A stretch of 64,000 nt of DNA from assembly GCF_009914755.1 (NCBI RefSeq), contig NC_060935.1. One strand, given 5' to 3'. The stretch is from the human T2T-CHM13v2.0 reference genome, Homo sapiens. Each line of letters starts with the position of its first letter. Within the stretch, counting starts at the first letter, position 1. This document shows positions 45,560-59,110 of the stretch, in pieces. Both the position numbers and the translations under genes were made by a program. The notes under the pieces are model-generated. The model ran no database searches, had not been told where the DNA came from, and saw nothing but the letters and a program-made list of their open reading frames with translations.

Positions 45560-45867
45560 TTTTTTTTTTTTTTTTTTTTTTTTTGAGACAGTGTCTCACT
45601 CTATCACCCAGGCTGGAGGGCACTGGTACAATCTTGGATCACTGTAACCTCTGCCTCCTGGGTTCAAGCAGTTCTCCTGCCTCAGCCTCCAGGGTAGCTG
45701 GAATTACAGGCACATGCCACCATGCCAGGCTAATTTTTGTATTTTTAGTAGAGGCAGGGTTTTGCCATGTTGGCCAGGCTGGTCTCGAACTCTTGACCTC
45801 AGGTGATCCACCCACCTCAGCCTCCCAAAGTGCTGGGAGTACAGGCATGAGCCACGGTGCTGGGCCA
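45560..45867 (-). mobile_element. AluSx
   Basis: Full antisense Alu with GACCTCAGGTGATCC. Confidence 0.9.
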
Positions 45868-46109
45868 GTTTTTTAAATTTCAATTAAATACACTGCCCCA
45901 AACGTATTCATCCAAGTAAGAGCCCTAAGATTTTGCAAAAGGCCCTCTGCTCCTATCTTTCCTATTTCGATTCTATTGCAAACTCTGATTCATTCTAACT
46001 CTTTAAAATTTGTTTTTAAAAAAGTCAATGGATCTATGTTGTCCTTCTCAAGCCCAATTCTTCATTAGTTTCTACCCAAGTGAAGTTAACTTTGGCAGAT
46101 CTAGTTGTA

Positions 46110-46685
46110 TCTGTCCTACACACTTGCTATTCCTTCTTTTGGTAACTGCACCAGTTTATCTTTTAGGGAAGTGCCCTTCCTCCATTTCCTGAGGAAACTG
46201 ATGGTCAAGATACACCTGCTGCCCCAGTCCACAGGAGTGGCCACATAACCATGGCCTGGACAATCATAGTGCCCAAAACTCTTGTCCATTGGGAGACATG
46301 TTCTACACAGAGCCCATCAGAGTGCTCCCATGAAATTTGATATAAGGATTCTGGGAAAAAGAGGGTCTCTTTTACTTCCGAACCAAAAGTTATATAGCTC
46401 TTGTTATTAAAAATATAGACTTGAGGTTTCCAGCAACCATCCTTCCTGCCATTGGACATAATCTGTCTGTGGTATTAGAGAACATAACACATAAAGAAAA
46501 GAGAAAACTAGCAGAGTCAAGAAATGGAGAGACACTTGATGTCCTTGTTTGAGCTCCTGGATCCAGCTGTGCCTGAAGCCTTTGCACTCTATTATGTGAC
46601 TGTGTCTCTCTCCCCAGAAATTTAGCTTAGCTAGTTTAAGTTGGTTTTTGTGTGTGTGTGAATTGTAACTGGAATATTGACAAAT
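46110..46685 (+). mobile_element. Old MLT1 (J/K-type) LTR
   Basis: GAGCTCCTGGATCCAGCTGTGCCTGAAGCC and GCTTAGCTAGTTTAAGTTGG motifs. Confidence 0.65.
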
Positions 46686-46699
46686 ACCCCTCTAGATGG

Positions 46700-47350
46700 T
46701 TTTCTTGCTTCTAGTCTCACCCTGCTTTCTTCAGTCTGTCTCCCTGACAGAGTAAACTTCATAAAATACATCATGATTTATAAAATATATATATAGATAA
46801 CATGCAAACAAGAGTGTTATTTCCTTGTTTAAGAAGCATCAGTGACTCCACATGACCTACAGGATTAAGTCCAAACTCCTTATCATGACATGTTAGGCTC
46901 CTGTGCTCTAGTGGCTATTTCTCCATTCTCACTTTTAATCATTACCTCTCTTGTCCTCTTCATGCTCCTAAACACTGTCACCATCTCATCCTCTAGCTTC
47001 GCAAACATTCTTGTCATTTCTTTAGCTTGACTTGCTGTTTCCATATTGTTTTTCCCTCATCATTGTTTTTTGTCTGCCAGGTGAACTCATAACCATCCTT
47101 TGGACCCCAGCTCAAGAGATGCTGACTTCTTCAGGTAGAGTTGGTGAATCTCTCCTTTGTGCCCCACTATATCCTATACAGACCTTTATTGTAGTATATG
47201 TGATGGCTTATTTACATGACAATCTCAACCACTGGACAAAAGCTTATTTGGGGTCAAAGCTCACATCTTGACTTTGAGCTCCCAGCACTTAGCACAGTGC
47301 CTAATATAGTAGGCACACAGTAAATATTTGATAAATGAGTGATTGAGCAA
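46700..47350 (+). mobile_element. L2 3' end
   Basis: AGTCCAAACTCCTTATCATGAC...CCCAGCACTTAGCACAGTGCC...TAAATATTTGATAAATGAGTGA. Confidence 0.75.
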
Positions 47351-47567
47351 ATGAGTTAATAAAAGCCCTAAAGAGTATACCCTGAGGATAGCATGGCTCA
47401 GAGAGGTTATGCCAACAATCACATTTAAACACATCTAGGACAAGCAGGCTTGACTAGTTACCTGTTTATCTCTCTCCATCCTCATTTCTATCTCCATCTT
47501 ATCACTGTGCTGTTCCAAACTGGAAGACATGGATAACTGATGAAGTAAAATTCAAGTTTTTCTCCCT

Positions 47568-48360
47568 GTGATATTGTGAAATATATATTTGGTCTTCATC
47601 CCCATTTCCTGGCATACAACTCCTAAATACTCCTAATCTCTAAGGTGATTTTTTTGTATGCTAATAAGTTGACTGACGGCTGTCAGCCCCTATGTGTCTT
47701 CAGGATGGGATTGGTCACAGGAAAGACCAAGACATGATTAGAGGGTTGGGACTTCGAGCTCCATCCCCGAACCTCGGGGGAGGGGAGAGGGGCTGAAAGT
47801 TAAGTTGATAACCAGTGGCCAATGATTTACTCAATCATAATGATGTCTCCATAAAAACACAAAGAATGGGGTTCAGAGGGCTTCCAGATCGCTAAACACT
47901 TGGAGGTTCCTGAAGGGTTGCGCCCCCAGGGAGGGCATGGAAGCTCCAGGCCCCTTCCCACATGCCTTCTCCTGTGCTTTTCTTCCATCTCTTCATCTGT
48001 TTCCTTTGTAATATCCTTTATAATAAGCCAATTTATTATAAGTGTAAGTAAAGTGTTTCCCTGAGTTCTGTGAGCTGCTCTAGCAAATTAGTCAAACCTG
48101 AGAAGGGGATAGTAGAAACCCCAATTTATAGCCTGTGAGGTTGGAAATATAGGTGACAATCTATTACTTGTAATTATAAGTGGAGACAGGCTTGTGGGAC
48201 TGAGCCCTCAGCCTGTGGGACCTGATGCTATCTCCAGCTAGGTAGTATAAGAGTTGAATTGAATTAGAGGATATCCAGCTGGCATTGGTTGCAGAATCGA
48301 TTGCTTGCTTGGTGTGTGGGGAAAACCCCCACACATTTGGTGTCAGAAGTGTGTTGTGAG
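47568..48360. mobile_element. MER21-family LTR
   Basis: TGTGATATTGTGAAATATATATTTGGTCTTC...CCCTGAGTTCTGTGAGCTGCTCTAGCAAATTA...CCCCACACATTTGGTGTCAGAAGTG. Confidence 0.8.
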
Positions 48361-48904
48361 AGTGTAGTGGAAGAAACTGAGTTTGCTTTTGCTGTATCCT
48401 CAGACTCCCAGATACTCCAAACATTTTAGAAAAAGTTACTTATTTGGCCTTTCCTCATTCAACATCATTCTCAGTAGGGAAGAATGGCACAGAGACATTC
48501 GGGGTTCACTAACTCTTGGCTCCATGAAGACCAAGACCCTGCATGTCTTCTTCATGATGATGTTCCCAGGTACTTAGAGGACATCTACTAAATATTTACT
48601 ACATGACTGACTGGTCACATGTCCAAGTCAGAGCAGCAACAAAGGACGTCAGCTCTTTGGCTGTTTCAATGTGTCATCTTCCCCTGCCCAGACACATTAT
48701 TCTATTTTTTGAAACCTGTTGACATCTATTGACTCCTCTTGGCATAAGACTTCCATTTCTCAAGCACAGTTAGAAATGTGAGGCTGAGTTCTCAGCCTCT
48801 GACTTCAGCCTGCCTTATCAGCCCTATCAGAATCTTGTGGGTCAGGCTACACGCCATGCCATGCGTGAGATCTGACATTCTTTACCCTCCTCAACCCTTC
48901 AACC

Positions 48905-48906
<2 letters not shown>

Positions 48907-48939
<33 letters not shown>

Positions 48940-49214
48940 GAAGATCTTGCTCTGTCACCCAGGCTGGAGTGCAGTGGCTGTGATCTCGGCTCACTGCAGC
49001 CTTGACCTCCCAGGCTCAAGTGAGCCTCCACCTCAGCCTCCCAAGTAGCTGAGACCACAGGGGCACAACATCATGCCTGGCCAATATTTTTATTTTTTGT
49101 AGAGATGGGGTCTCACTACGTCTCCCAGGCTGGTCCCAGACTCCTGGGCTCAAGCGATCCTCCTGCCATGGCCTCCCAGTGTTGGAATTACAGGTATGAG
49201 CCACTGCACCCGGC
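48907..49214 (-). mobile_element. AluJ
   Basis: Poly-T plus antisense Alu with CTCAAGCGATCCTCC. Confidence 0.88.
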
Positions 49215-50426
49215 CCTCTTTACCTTTCTGGGTGACAACAGCTAAAGATGGATCTAATAAAGAGGCAGCTGGCATTCTGGTCAGTCTGACACTCTCTCAA
49301 AGAAGGTAAATGGGACAGAGTCTGTGCTCAAGGAAACCAAAAGAGATTCACCCTGCTGTGTGAGCATCAGCATGCACCAGCTCAGTCAGAAGCTCTAACC
49401 GGGTGCCGTGGAGAGGATCAATTTTGAGATGAACAATATATTTATATTATCCACTGGCCCTGAAGATCCTGAAGGAACTTGTGTCAAGTTGGGGGAGGCA
49501 GGGAAGGAAAAAGAATGTTTTCTATTATAGTAAATGCAAGTAAATGAAATAGTTGGGACAGGAAGGCATTAACCAGAATCTAACTTCACAAGGTCACTAA
49601 ATTGAGGACTATTTAAAAAGTTAAATTGAATGAGAAGATGGGCCTTTTCTTTTCCCTGTCACTCACTGGTGGTGCCTGTGGCATAGGAGAAAACCAAAGC
49701 CTGCAGGGGTGTGGGAGAAGAATGAAGCAGTGAGGTGGATCACCACCAAGCTCACTCAGCCAACACCTCCTCAAGACCACCAGGCAGGGAGAAGGCAGGG
49801 GCACCAGGGAACCTGAGAAGGAAGGAGATGAACCAGGTGGTCGGGAGGGCAGGTGGATGAGGGTGCAGGGCTGAGAGTCGGTGGCATTATGCTGGGGAGG
49901 ACACCAAGCCAGACCTATGACGACTGTGAAAGGGCCTGGGAAAGGAGGGCTCCCAATAGGCAGGCCTGGAGAAATCCACAGTGAGTGAGGTTATCCAGAT
50001 TAGAGCAGCCTCCTACAAGGAGAGAAGCTTTTCCTTTGCAGCTTGCTGATCTGGATGACTGAGTATGGGCTCCTCCACTTTGTAGCTTTCACGCTAAGTA
50101 AACCATCACCACTCTAAACTTGGGCTTCCCCAACCATAAAATGACAGTAATAGTCCCTTCCTCACAGAGTCATTGGGAGGATTAAGTGAGATGATTCATG
50201 AAAAGCACGGAGCTGTGTGCCTGGCAAATAGGACATTTTTAGTAATACTATTTTCTTTATTTGCAATACCAGGTTGGTATTGGCATGAAGCAGGTTCAAT
50301 ACATCATCAGAGACCATAGCCCAAAACAAAGAACAACTATTATTTATTCAATGATCCTTTTTGAGCACTTTCCAAGAACTGTTGCCAGGAACTTGGACAA
50401 ACAGGGTTGCAAAACAGTTAGTCATA

Positions 50427-50779
<353 letters not shown>

Positions 50780-51339
50780 TCACCTTCAGGGGTCACGGTT
50801 AGGCATCAGATCCCAAGAACAGCTCTGCAGAACTAGCAGGGACCCATTAGCTCTCAGGGAGCTGAGCTCAGTTTTGCCATGCACATATCACATAGAGGTA
50901 TACCATGGGAGGGCATGTTGGAGGGAGAGCTGATTGTGCATGTTAAATAGGCATTTTTTGTGTCAGATTCTACTGAGTATTAATATCTATTTTGGTTTTA
51001 CACTCTACTAGCCTAATGGCCAAGATGGAGCTCATCTACTAAGGGAAGCTAATAAGCTTTCAGAACACCCAGGTTTTTAGTAAAATTCCTCTGACAACAT
51101 GCAAGAAACACATCTAGACTACTTCCCTTTGAGGATGCCAAGTTCTGTACAAAGAGAACCATTCAACTCTGTAACCATGTGTTGAGAAATACTGCATAAA
51201 AACACATCTGAATTGGGAAAGTTGTACAGCTGGAGGTAGGGTAGGTGGCTGCTGAGACGTAGGGCAGTTCCCAGGTAGGGAACAAAACATGGTTGGGGAT
51301 CCATATGCCACTGGTAAATCCCTCTTATCTGCACAGTCT

Positions 51340-51515
51340 TCCTTTACAGAAGTTTCTGTGAACCTCATCATGGTTTCCACACCCGACTGACCATGAGAAT
51401 CATCTACGAGCTTGTTGGAGATGCAGATTTCTGCGTCCCATCCCTGGAGATCCAATTAAATAGACCTGTAGATGTGCATTATTAAAAAGCTCCTTGGATA
51501 ATTCTGTTGCACAGC
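51340..51515. mobile_element. MER5-like hAT element
   Basis: GAGAATCATCT...ATGCAGATTTCTGCGTCCCATCCC...AAGCTCCTTGGATAATTCTG. Confidence 0.6.
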
Positions 51516-52268
51516 TCAGTTGGGTAACACTGGTGGACAATGATGCAGAAAGTATGTCATCAGGCAACTGCCGACCCCTCAGAAGAGGAAGAAAACAGCA
51601 GCCTGCAGGCAAGATTGGAATGAAGGCCACTTGTCCAGGACACTGATAACCCCATCTCTTCATCCCCAGCCAGAGTGAAACTAACTGACTCTTGGTCTGC
51701 CATGGACTCCCCTTCACGGAGGTATTGCAGAGGAAATTCAAATTATAACTCTGAGATCCTAGAATTCTGAGATATGAATATGGAGTGTTATAATGTGAAA
51801 GATGGAATTGCTCAAAGATAAAGCCAAATCATCCACAATGTTTTGCTTTAAAGAAGCTTCCTAGCTGGAAGAAAAGTACTGGAATAAGGAGATATATCTT
51901 TTCTCTGTCACCTCTCACTTAGATATAGGAGGGACACTGAGCATAACTGACCAGAGCCCCAGCTGCTGTGTTCTGAAATCTGGCAATGCAAAGAGGACAT
52001 GCCTCCCACAAGCTGCTCCCTGCTGATGACTGAGGGGTGGGGCTGGTAAGACAGATCCTGAAAGGCACAATAGTCCTCTAGAAATGTTGGTTCAAGGGAC
52101 CCCCTGACAGTCTTTCCAAATCTTCCTTTGACTGCATGGATGTCTAGGGTGCCTCCCTCAACCTTCCAATTTCTGGTCAGACTCACACTGGGATCTGCCA
52201 GCTCCAAAGCTAGTGCTTCCTAGCTTTCTCTCCATTTTCTCCCCTACAGGCACTTCTCCCCTCCCTAG

Positions 52269-52560
52269 GTTTTTTTTTTTAGACAGAACCTCCGCCATCA
52301 CCCAGACTGCAGTGCAGTGGTGTGGTCATGGCTCACTGCAGCTGGGGCCCCTCAGGTTCAAGCAATCCTCTCACTTCAGCCTCCCAAATAGCTGGGACCA
52401 TAGGCATGCACCATCATGTCCGCCTAATTTTTGTATTTTTTGTAGAGACAGGGTTTCACCATGTTGCCTAGGCTGGTCTCAAAATCCTGGGCTCAAGCAA
52501 TCTGCCCGCCTCGGCCTCCCAAAGTGCTGGGATTACAGGCATGAGCCACTATGCCCAGCC
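52269..52560 (-). mobile_element. AluJ abutting the retrocopy 3' end
   Basis: Poly-T plus diverged antisense Alu ending GCCCAGCC. Confidence 0.88.
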
Positions 52561-54055
52561 ACTTCTCTCTCTCTTTTTTTTTTTTTTTTTTAAATATGAA
52601 CCATTTTATTGAAGAACAGTTATACAGTGTAGCTACAGATACTGACTAGATACTAAATATTTCTGCCTGATTTTTCATTGTCTTCACAAGTTAGGGAATA
52701 GAAATCAAAAAACCAAAAATCTCAAATGATTTAGCTGTCCAAAACATATTTGACAGTTGATAAATTTAGAACAGCTCTGACATATAAATTTCTAATTAGA
52801 GAATCCTTTCATTTGAAAAAATTGAGATGATATTACCCTAATGAAGTTTTTGCCTGAAGTTAACAAAGTCCTGGATTTGATATATTACTTTGAATGCATT
52901 AATTCTGAAAATTTATATTTAGTTCTACTTTATAACATTTCTTCCCTTAAGGATGGGATATGAGGTACACATGAGCTGGTTTCTACAGTATGAATGTATG
53001 TACATATATAAAGTATGGTTGTAAAGGAGTGGGTGATTTGCAAATAAAGCACATTATACACAAAATATAAATAACTTCCCTTTTAAAAGTTACTGAGAAT
53101 AAAGAATACAGAACATGGTTATAGGCACTTACATTGCTATCAAATGCAGGAATTCACTTCAATAAGAAGTGCTTTCTTTGTAAGCATGGTTCATGGCAAT
53201 AGAAGCTCCAACTTTGGAGAGGATGCTTTCCGTGACAAAAATAATAACCACAAAAAAAAATGGTGGTTGAAGGAAAACAGTCCAAATTTACAGATGCTTT
53301 AAACTTCTTTTGGCCTTGGCATCAGCTTTCATGTTAAAAAATAAAGCTGGTGGGGAAGCTATCTCACTTGCAAAGTAAATGGCTTGTATGAGATTGGCGA
53401 ATCTTGGTCAGATATTGCATTTTTAAAGCACAAAACCACCGGCCACCAATATCTTCCTGTGCATGCATATAAATTATTTTCTTCTAATTCAAATGGCAGC
53501 AGAGGAATCCTGGCGTGCATGTGCATGGAGACACACACACATCACTAAGGAGACAGGACAAACTATCATAAACTAGGCAGTATCCCAAACACATCATCAT
53601 CTATAGGCTGTTTTACAAAGGTAGAATACAAACGAACTGAATGTCTCAGGTAAAAGGCAAAGTCTATTTCTCCATCTCTGCTGCACTCATTTATCTTCTT
53701 AAGGCTTTCACAGAAAGCACCGTTTTATGAACAGGCAATTCAGTACCCAGAGCTTGACTGGAGACACTAATCAGGATTGAAGTCTTGATGCAGTTCATAA
53801 AAACCCATTTAAAAAAAGGCATCAAAAACCACATTTAAAATAAAGCTGTCCATATATAAAGAATGAAGTGTTTAGAAGTTCCCAGCTTGTATCCTAATAA
53901 GAGTACTGAAAGGTTTAATATTAGCAGCCTGTGAACACGTAGTGAAGAGAGAGTCTGAGAACCAAGTTAACATCCTTATTCCACTCTAATTCCACCCATG
54001 CCATGGGTAAAAACAGTTCTTGCAGTCTAGACTTTCTCCTCCGATGGTTTAACCA

Positions 54056-55078
<1,023 letters not shown>

Positions 55079-55239
55079 TCACGATTGTAACGACGTCTGC
55101 TTGAGATGCTCTTGCAATAATGTCTCCAAGATGTGGCTAGATAAAACTGTACTTCCGATTTTCTCCAAACAGCTTTGATCTATGCTTCCATCTCGTGAAT
55201 TCCAAGACAGTATTAAACTGATGCATATTTTCATAAGTC

Positions 55240-55500
55240 CGGACCCCAGGGAACGCATCCTCCAGCCCTCGGCGCGGAGCGGGTGGGCGCGGCGAGCCGC
55301 CGGGGCGAAGCGGGGCCCGGATCGGCCTTCGCCCTTGGCGTGCAGCGGCCCCGACCCGGTCGCCCCTCGATCGGGCCGTGCGATCTTCGCCGCGCGCGGA
55401 CGGACGCGCCGAGCCTAAGCCTTCCTGCCCGCCCTTGGCCCTCCTCCCTCCTCGCTCCTGCCTCCTCCCTTCTTCGCTAAGCCCGGAAGGCGGATTCCAA
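55240..55500. promoter_or_regulatory. Small CpG island carried in with the BMPR1A exon-1 5'UTR
   Basis: About 39 CpGs in about 260 bp by manual count, in an otherwise CpG-depleted window. Confidence 0.7.
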
Positions 55501-55799
55501 TCTCTGCCCACTTCTCTTAATTAATAAATTCCTTGCATGTTTAATTCCATCTTGGCCTCTGCTTCTTGGAGGACTCAGAAGAGTGCAGGAGCTTTGGAAT
55601 GGCATCAGTTCTGAGACCTCACTGGTCCTCCAGAAACTTTCAAGAGCTTTCAGACCTGTGGCCTTTGAGGGTCCTGGCCTAGGTTTCCAGGGGCCTTCAG
55701 GCTGATAGAGCCTGGGTAAGGCCAGAAGAAATAAGCAGAAACACATATTTAGGGACAAATTTTCATGGTCTACGAAAAAGTCAGAGGTATGAAAGCGTC

Positions 55800-55960
55800 T
55801 GCTTTTCCTTATTTACTCATTACAGTGTGTTAGGAATTATACCTCTTTTACAGGTAAGGAAACCAAGGCTCAGAGAAGTTGAGTAACCTGCTCAAGACCA
55901 CTCAATTAATAAGTGTCAAGGCCAGGATATTTCCGTTTCAAGACTACTTTCTTTCCATTC
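55800..55960 (-). mobile_element. MIR
   Basis: TTTTACAGGTAAGGAAACCAAGGCTCAGAGAAGTTGAGTAACCTGCTCAAG. Confidence 0.8.
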
Positions 55961-56656
55961 TGCTACAATAATCCTTGTTCACTAGGAAGGCAGCATAACA
56001 TGGTGGGTAAGAGCATGAAGTTTGGAACCTGACTGCCTCAGCCTTGTCATCTTTAAAGTAAGAATAATGGACGAGGCATCAGACAAGGCCAAGGTGGGGG
56101 CTACTGGTTCCACATAGTTCAGTGCAGCAAGCATTTATTGAACATTTGCTGTGTGTCTGCTCCTGGGCTGGCCTCTGAGAATATAAAGATAAAAAGACAG
56201 ACGTAGCCTTTACAGGGCTCATAGGCTAGTGAGGAAAGAGAGACAGCTAGATATACCAACATGATGCAAGCATCAAGAAAAGTAACATACCATGCATGGT
56301 CAATACCCTAGCCCTATTAAACCTCTCCTAATTCCCAGTAGGTCACCCCTCATGTTGAGGTCAGTCATCACATGTACTTCTCTTTATGCCCTGAATCTTC
56401 TTTCTCTCCATCTTTGTCTGGCTAAACTTTTCGTTAAGTCTCAGCTTAAATGCACTTCCTCTGAGAACGTCCATGATCCTTGAAATTAGGTACCTCTGCT
56501 GTCTGCTCTAGGCATTTATACTCAAAGTTCCATGGATGTGGGATTGTTTTATTCAGCATATATTCCCAGACTCTAGCTGACTGCATGTTGAGTGCCATAG
56601 GCATAAGAAAGGCTCAGTCAATATGTGTGAATAAATGAAGGAGGAACTAAAAAGAA

Positions 56657-57105
56657 TTAAGGTTCTCTAGAGGGACAGAACTAATAGGAAATATATATAT
56701 ACAGATATATATGAAGGGGAGTTTATTAAGGAGTATTAACTCACATGATCAGAAGGTCCCATAATAGGCTGAGCTAAAGAGCAAGCTGAAAAGCAAGGAA
56801 GCCAGTTCGAGTCCCAAAGCTGAAGAACTTGGAGTCTGATGTTCAAGGGCAGGAAGCATCCAGCATAGGAGAAAGATGTAGGCTGGGAGGCTAAGCTAGT
56901 CAGTCTTTTCACGTTCTTCTACCTGCTTTTATTCTGGCTGTGCTGGCAGCTGATTAGATTGTGCCCACCCAGATTAAAGGTGGGTCTGCCTTTCCCAGCC
57001 CACTGACTCAAATGTTAATCTCCTTTGGCACCACCCTCACAGACACACCCCAAATCAATACTTTGCACCCTTCAATCAAGTTGACATTCAGTGTTAACCA
57101 TCACA
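56657..57105 (-). mobile_element. MLT2A (HERV-L) solo LTR
   Basis: GGTTCTCTAGAGGGACAGAACTAATAGG(ATAT)n...GGGAGTTTATTAAG...GTTAACCATCACA. Confidence 0.88.
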
Positions 57106-58899
57106 CCGGGGGTTGACTCGGGCCACACTGGTATCCCAAGAGATTAAATCTAGTAGGTAGGGGACTGCAGAAAGAAGTTCCAGGAAACACTAAATTTAAG
57201 CTGAAAGAGCAATGATATTTAAGTCTATAAGTGATGAGTCCATTGGAACAGCAGCAGTATAGAGGATACAGACCAACTTCGGCGGCAGGGCTCAGCTAAA
57301 GGGAACAAGATGTGGCATCAGGAGCCCAGCCATGTCTGTGGAAGTTCAAGACAAGACATCGGTATCATGGGCAACTAGTCCAAGGATGTAGACTAGGTAG
57401 GAACAGTTCACAGGTCTCAACTTAGGTGCCAACCACACCTGGTTGTTAGGAATTGATATACTGAGATAGATAGCATCTGAGGCAGACATGCCTGCACAGG
57501 AAAGGGTCCTGAGATTTAATAGCGATGCTTAGCAGTGAGAACCAGAAGCCAAATAAAGGGAATCTCCAAAGATGTTTGCTATTTCTGCTGGTTGGGAGTT
57601 GAGAAGACAAGATCTAGCTCACTCCCTGCCCTGACAATCTCTGAACACAGGGCTGAGCAGATGGTAGCTCAGTTGGGGTTAGTTCTCACCCTCCATCCTT
57701 AGGAACAGGATGGGCTGAACATGCTTGCAGTGGGACGGGTCTGGGAAAACAAAGGACTGAAGATGACAGGAGGCCTGGTCGCCAGCCAGAGCTTTTCTCC
57801 AAAGATGCTGGCTCTTGCCCCTCACACCCAATCTCACCTCCACTCCGTAAGACACAGGGATGTAATGTCACCTGTCTGCTCCATTGGATGAGGTAGCTGA
57901 ACTTCAGCTTCCTCATTAGTAAGGTAGAAATAGCAATAACTTGGCCGCTGAACAGTTGTGAAGATCAAATTGGCGTTAAAAATGCTTGGCCCAATGCCTG
58001 CCATCCAGTAGGAGCTCTGTAAACGGCAGTTGAAAGGCAGTAGCTAGCTGGTTTTAAAAACACCTTCCTTGTCTTTGGAATTGTCAATCCTTTCATTCTG
58101 GGTCCCTCTTCCACTTCTTGGTGTACTTCCTCTGCTTATCTGCCATAAGGCCTCTTCTTTCATGTTGCCAAAAGCTCCCTCTTCTCAGTCCCTGACCAGG
58201 TCTGCTGTACCCACATCACCCCCTGTCCCCAAATCACCTCCTGCCCTTCTCTCTCTTCAGAATTCTGAACACTTGCTGAATTTGATCTTAAGTGCTAGAA
58301 CTGTAGGGTTTCACATCAAGTGCATTTTAAAGAGACCACTTGTTAATTGAAACAAATGCCCGTTTAGTGGAATTGCAGGGCTGATGATCTCTGGCAGTAA
58401 AATAATATAGAGTGCGCCAACAAGGTCGGGCAGAGGAGTGTTCATGACCCTTTTAATTGCACTGAGCAGACTGCACCATGCTTCTCAACCCTGCCCATGC
58501 TGCTAAATCATCCTGAGAACTCTTAAGAAAATACAGATTCCTTGGGTCCACCCCAGACTTTCTTACTCAGAATCTCTAGGGATGATGAGGAGGACAAAGA
58601 CCCAGGTGACAACTTCACTTGCTTTAAAGGTTAAGCGGACGCAGGCTGCACAGCCTGGGATGAGAGCTGCTCTCCTTCCCTACCAAGTGCTGGGGTTGTA
58701 CCCAGCAACTGGGTACCTCAACTTTGAGAGAATCCTGTCAGCACAAGCCTGGCGTCGTGGAGAACACCTTTCCCTCCTAGCTCGTCCTAGATCTCCAATG
58801 CCGCTGCCCTGGTGACGAGGAAACACCTTCTCCACTCCTACCCTCATCAGCACAGACTCCATTGCAGCGTCTGCCCCAACAAAACACATACAGGCAAGT

Positions 58900-59110
58900 C
58901 TTACTGAATGCATTATATATTTAAATAAGTGTTAGCGTCCATTATTTTACTGAATCATCGCAATTAAATGAGGTAATTACTATTATTATCCTCATTTTAC
59001 AGATAAGAGAGTGAAGCCCAAATTAATTAATATACCTAAAGGCACATAGCTAGTAAGTGGTAGGATGTGAACCTAGGGTAGTTCAAATCCAGATTCCTAA
59101 TTCTTAACCC
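58900..59110 (-). mobile_element. MIR
   Basis: TATTATCCTCATTTTACAGATAAG...CACATAGCTAGTAAGTGG. Confidence 0.8.

Noticed and set aside
55137-55511. 124-aa minus ORF and overlapping plus ORFs over the GC-rich segment
   Set aside because: Non-ATG or antisense frames across the GC-rich 5'UTR with low stop density; the minus ORF ends before the skip junction and is out of frame with the kinase.
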